Origin: the human T2T-CHM13v2.0 reference genome, Homo sapiens
DNA length: 64,000 nucleotides
Direction: 5' to 3' (one strand)
Assembly (NCBI RefSeq): GCF_009914755.1
Contig: NC_060946.1
This document shows, one piece after another, positions 58,701 to 64,000 of the stretch (positions within the stretch are counted from its first letter, which is position 1; each line of letters starts with the position of its first letter). The translations under genes and the position numbers were made by a program. The notes beneath the pieces were generated by a model. It worked only from the letters and a program-made list of their open reading frames with translations, was not told the origin of the DNA and ran no database searches.

Positions 58701-61700
58701 TTAAATGGAAGGGTCTCTAAAGGAAAGGAATTGAATGTACCAGAATGTAATGGAATGGAATGCAATGGAACAGAATGGAATGGAATGGAATGGAATGGTA
58801 TGGTATGGTATGGAATGGAATGCACTTGAAGGGAATGGAATGGAATGGACTCTAATGGAATGCCCTTGAATTGAATGCACTGGAATGGAATTTAATGGAA
58901 AGGAAGGGACTCAAAAGGAATGGAATGTAATCCAATGGAATGGAATGGAAAGGAATGTAATGGAATGGAATGGAATTGACTCAAGTGGATGCAGTAGAAT
59001 GGAGTGGACTGGAAAAAAATCGATTATAGTGGAATGGACCCAAATGAAATGGAACAGAATGGATCCAAATGGAATGGAATGTATTAGAAAGGGCTCGAAT
59101 GGAATGGAATGGAATGGAATGCACTCGAATCGAATAGAAGGGAATGGAAATGAATCAAATGGAAGGGAATTGAAAGGAACGGACTCGAAAGCAATGGAAT
59201 GGAATCGAAAAGACTAAAGGAGAATGGAATGGAAAGTAATGGCCTGGAATGAAATTGAATGCAATGGAGTGTATTAGTATGGAATGGAATGGAATGGACC
59301 TGAATGGAATGCTTTGGAATGCAGTGGGATGGATTAGACGAGAATGGAAAGGAACGGGATGGAATGGAATGGAGAAGAAAAGAATGGAATGGAATCTAAT
59401 GGAATGCAATTGAATGCAATGGACTCGACCGGAATGTATTGGAATGGACTCGAATGGAATGGAATAAATTCGAATGAAATGGAAAGGAATGGAACAGAAT
59501 GGAGTGGAATGGAACAGAATGGAGTGGAATGGAATGGAATGGAATGGAATGGAATGCAATGGAATGGAATAGAACGGAATGGAATGAGATGGAACGGAAT
59601 GGAAGGGACTTGAATGGAATGGAATGGAATGGAATGGACTTGAAAGGAATGGAATGGACTCAAATGGAATGGAATGGAATGGAATGGAATGGAATGAAAT
59701 GGACTCGAATGGAATATAACGGAATGGAATGAGATGGAATGGAATGGAATGGACTTGAAAGGAATGGAATGGACTCAAATGGAATGGAATGGAATGGAAT
59801 GGAATGGACAAGAATGTAATGGAATGGACTCAAATGGAATTTAATTGAATCGAATGGACTAGAAAGGAATGGAATTGAATGGAACGAAATGGAATGGAAT
59901 GGAGTCAAATGGAATGGAATTGAATGGACACGAATGGAATGGATTGGGATGGAATGCAAAGGACCCGAATGAAATGGATTAGAATGGAATGGAATGGACT
60001 CGAATAGAATGGAATGGAATGGACTAGAATGGAATGAAAGGGATTGAACACGAATGGAATGGAATGGAATGGAATGGAATGGAATGGAATGGAATGGAAC
60101 GGAAAGGTATGGAATGGAATGACCTTGAATGGAACAGAATGCAATGGGATGGAATGGACACAAAAAGAAAAGGAATTGAATGAAATGGAATGGAATGGAA
60201 TGATATGGAAATGTATGGAATAGAATGACCTTGAATGGAACAGAATGCAATGGAATGGAATGGACCCAAAAAGAAAAGGAATTGAATAAAATGGAAAGGA
60301 ATGGATTGGAATGCAATGGAATGGAACAGAACGGTATGGAAGCGAAGGGACTTGAATGGAATAGAATGGAATGGAATGGACTGGAAAAGAAAGGAATTGA
60401 ATGGACTCGTATGTAGTGGAACACAATGGAATGGAATGGAATGGAACGGAATGGAATGGTATGGAATGGAATGGACTTGAATGGAATAGAATGGAATGGA
60501 ATGGAATGCAATGGACTCGAAAGGAATTTAATGGAATGGACTCGAATGGAATGTAATGAAATGGAATGGACTCAAATAGAATGTAATGTAATGGACTCGA
60601 ATGGAGAGAAAGGAATGGAATTGAACGGAATGGAGCGGAATGGAATGAACTCGAATGGAGTGGAGTGGAATGGACTCGAGTGGAATTCAATGGAATTGAA
60701 TGGACTCCAATGGAATGGAATGTAGTGAAACGAAGTGGAGTCGAATGTAATGTAATGTAACGTAAAATAATGGAATGAATTGGAATGGAATGAAATGGAA
60801 TGGGATGGAATGGAATGGAAAGGAACGCAATGGAATGGAATGGAATGGAATGGAATGGAATGGAATGGAATGGAATGGAATGACATCGAAAGGAAAGGAA
60901 TGGACTTCAATGGAATGGAATGCACTCAAATGGATTGGAAAGGAATGGAATGGAATGAAATCGAATCGAAGAGAATGGAATGGACTCGAATGTAATGCAA
61001 TAGAATCGAATGGACTAGATAGGGATGGAATAGAATGCAATGGAATGGAATGGATTAAAATGGAATTGAATGGAATGGAAAGGAATGAGACGAAACCGAA
61101 TTGAATGGAATTCAATGGAATGGAATGGACTCACATGGAATGTAATGGAATGGAATGGAATCGAATTAAATCGAATCCAATAGAATGAAATGGACAGGAA
61201 TTTAATGGAATGGAATCGAAAGAAGTAGAATGGAATGGAATGGAATGGAATGGAATGGAATGGAATGGAATGGATTGGGCTCAAATGGAATGGACTGGAC
61301 CAGAATGGAATAGAATGGAATGGACCCGTATGGAATCAATTGTTATGGAATGGAATGGACTCGAATAGAAAGGAATGGAATGGACTCGAATGGAATGGAA
61401 TTCAATGGCCTCGAATAGAATGGAATGGAATGGACAGGAATGGAATGAAATGAAATGGAATGGAATGGACACGAATGGAACAGAATTGAATAGAAAGGAA
61501 TGGAATGGAATGAAGCAGAACAGAAAGATATGTAATGGAATGGACTTGACTGGAATAGAATGGAATTAAATGGAATGCACTTGAAAGGAATGGAATTCAA
61601 TATACCCGAAGGGAGTGGAATGGAATAGAATAGAGTGGAATGGAAAGGATAGAACAGAATGGTATGTAATGGAATGGACTTGAATGAAATATAAAGGAAT

Positions 61701-64000
61701 TCAATGGAATGGACTCGAAAGAAATCTTACTGAATGCTCCCGAATGGAATCGAATGGAAAGGAATGGAATGGAATGGAATGGAAAGGGATGGAATGGAAT
61801 GGAATGGAATGGAATGGAATGGAATGGAATGGAACGGAATAGAATGGAATGGAATGGAACAGAATGAAATGGAATGGAATAAAACGGAATATAATGGAAT
61901 TGAGCGAACTCAAAAGGAACGAAATGAAATGGACTCGAACGGAAGAGAATGGAATGGCCTCGAAAGGAAAGGAGTGGAATGGAATGGACTCAAATGAAGT
62001 GGAGTGGAATGGACTCGAGTGGAATGGAATGGAATTCAAAGGACTCGAATGGAATGGAATGCACAGGAATGAAGTGGATTTGAATGCAATGGAATGGAAT
62101 GGAATGGACAAGAAATTATTTTAATGGAATGGAATGGAATGGAATGGAATGGAATGGACTCGAATAGAATGGAATTGAATGGAATGAACTTAAATGTAAT
62201 GGAATCGTTTGGAATGGAATGGACTCGAATGGAATGGAATGGACGCGAATTAATGAAATGGAATGGAATGGAATGAAATGGAATGGAATGGAACGGAACG
62301 GAATGGAACGGATATGAATGTAATGGAATGGAATGGACCCAAATATTATAGAATGGAATGGACTCAAATCTAATGGAACAGAATGGAATGGACTCGAATG
62401 GAGTTGAATGGAAAGGACCCGAATGGAATGCAGTGGAATGGAATGGACTTGAATGGGATGGAAGGGAAAGGAATAGAACGGAATGGACCCAAGTGGAATG
62501 GAATGAAATCGAATGGAATGGGATTATATGGAATGGCTTCAAAGGGAATATAATGGAATGGACTCGAATTGAATGGAATGGACTCGCATGGAATGGAAAG
62601 GAATGGACCTGACGGGAATGGAATGCAATGGAATGGATGGAACGGAAAGGAATGGAATGGAATGGAATGGAATGGACTTGAAGGAAAGGAATGAACATGA
62701 GTGGAATGGATTGGAATTGAATGTAATGGAACGGAACGGAAGGGAATGGAATGGAATGGAATGGAAAGGAATTGTATGGAATGGAATGAGATGGAACGGA
62801 ATGGAATGTAATTGAATGGTATGGAATGGACTCAAATGGAATGGAATGGAATGGAATGGAATGAAATGGACCGGAATGGTATTGAATGGACCCTAAAGGA
62901 ATGTAATTGAATGGAACGGAATGGACTCGAATAAAATGGAATGGAATGGACTTGAGTAGAATGGAATAGAATGGAATGGAATGGAATGGAATGGAATGGG
63001 AAGGAATGGAAACGAATGTACTCGAATAGAATGGAATGGACAGGAATTGAATGGAACGGAATGGACTCGAATGCAAAGAAATGGAATGGAATGGAATGGA
63101 ATGGAATGGAATGGAATGGAATGGAATGGAACAGAATGGAACGGAAACGAATGGACTTGAATGGAATGGAATGGAATAGAATGGATTTGATAGGAACGGA
63201 ATTGAATGGACCCAAATGGAAAAGATTGGAATGGAATGGAATTGAATGTATTTGAATGGAAAAGAATGGACTTTAATGGAATGGAATGGAATGGAATGGA
63301 ATGGGTTTGATAGGAATGGAATTGAATGGACCCAAATGGAAAGGAATGGAATGGAATGGAATGGATTGTATTGCAGCGTAACGGAATGGTATGAAATAGA
63401 ATGGACTTGAATGGAATAGAATGGAATGGAAAGGAATGGACTCGACAGAAATAGAATTGAATGGACCAGAATGGAATAGAATGGAAGGGAATGGAAAGGA
63501 ATGGAAAGGAACGAAATGGTGTGTACTGGAATGGACTTGAATGAAATAGAATGGAAGGGAATGGAATGGACTCGAAAGGAATGGAATGTAATGGAACCAA
63601 ATAAAATAGAATGGAAAGGATTCGAATGGAAAGGAGCGGAATGGAGTGGACTCCAATGGAGTGGAGTGGAGTAGACTTGAGTGGAATGGAATGGAATTGA
63701 AAGGACTCGAATATAATGTAATGTAATGAAATGACATGGACTTGAATGGAGTGGAATGGAATGGAATGGAATGGAAAAGAAAGTATTGTAATGTAAAGGA
63801 ATGCAATGGAATGGAATGGAAAGGAATGGAATGGAAAGAACAAGAAAGTATTGTAATGTAATGGAATACAATGGAATGGAATGGAAAGGAATGCAATGTA
63901 ATGGAATGGACAAGTAAGTACTGTAATGTAATGGAATGCAATGGAATGTAATGGAATAGAATGGTATGGAATGGAATAGTATGGAAAGGAATGGACTCGA
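34756..64000. repeat. Human satellite 3, diverged (GGAAT)n, continuing past the window end
   Basis: GGAAT pentamers with frequent GGACTCGAAT interruptions, G-rich on the plus strand throughout. No inversion or TE insertion was seen. Confidence 0.97.
35545..35725. repeat. HSat2-like (ATCATCGAAT-containing) island within HSat3
   Basis: gaaatatcatcgaat, ggaatcatcatcgaac, tatcaatatcgaat, atccttatcgaat and aaaatcatcaaa motifs occur here and were not noticed elsewhere in the array. Confidence 0.65.

Noticed and set aside
34725-63941. Hundreds of ORFs up to 625 aa (MEWNG... and IPFHS... repeats)
   Set aside because: (GGAAT)n and (ATTCC)n contain no stop codon in any frame, so these are translations of satellite DNA with no gene structure.

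Overview
This is primate (human-like) pericentromeric DNA spanning an arm-like block, an alpha satellite array and HSat3. It contains no intact protein-coding gene, RNA gene, CRISPR array or prokaryote-type system. Bases 1-20.2 kb are a repeat-dense block: old L1M/L1MA, a truncated ERV1 provirus carrying nested THE1, Alu and solo LTR5 insertions, a two-LTR MST element, Alus, a small SATR-type insert, and an orphan TUBB8-like beta-tubulin exon 1 with its promoter. Bases 20.2-26.3 kb are a full-length, inactivated L1PA whose poly(A) runs straight into about 8.4 kb of CENP-B-box-free alpha satellite (26.3-34.75 kb). That array abuts at least 29 kb of diverged (GGAAT)n HSat3. The many MEWNG/IPFHS ORFs are satellite artefacts. 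I found no evidence for a novel biological system. The best leads are structural: a TSD-less, apparently chimeric L1 at the arm/alphoid junction, a satellite insert flanked by a 90-bp duplication, a decayed ~9-mer alphoid higher-order repeat, the tubulin remnant cut at its first splice donor, and an Alu with a possible 3' transduction. Repeat subfamily names come from recalled consensus sequences, not from a database search.
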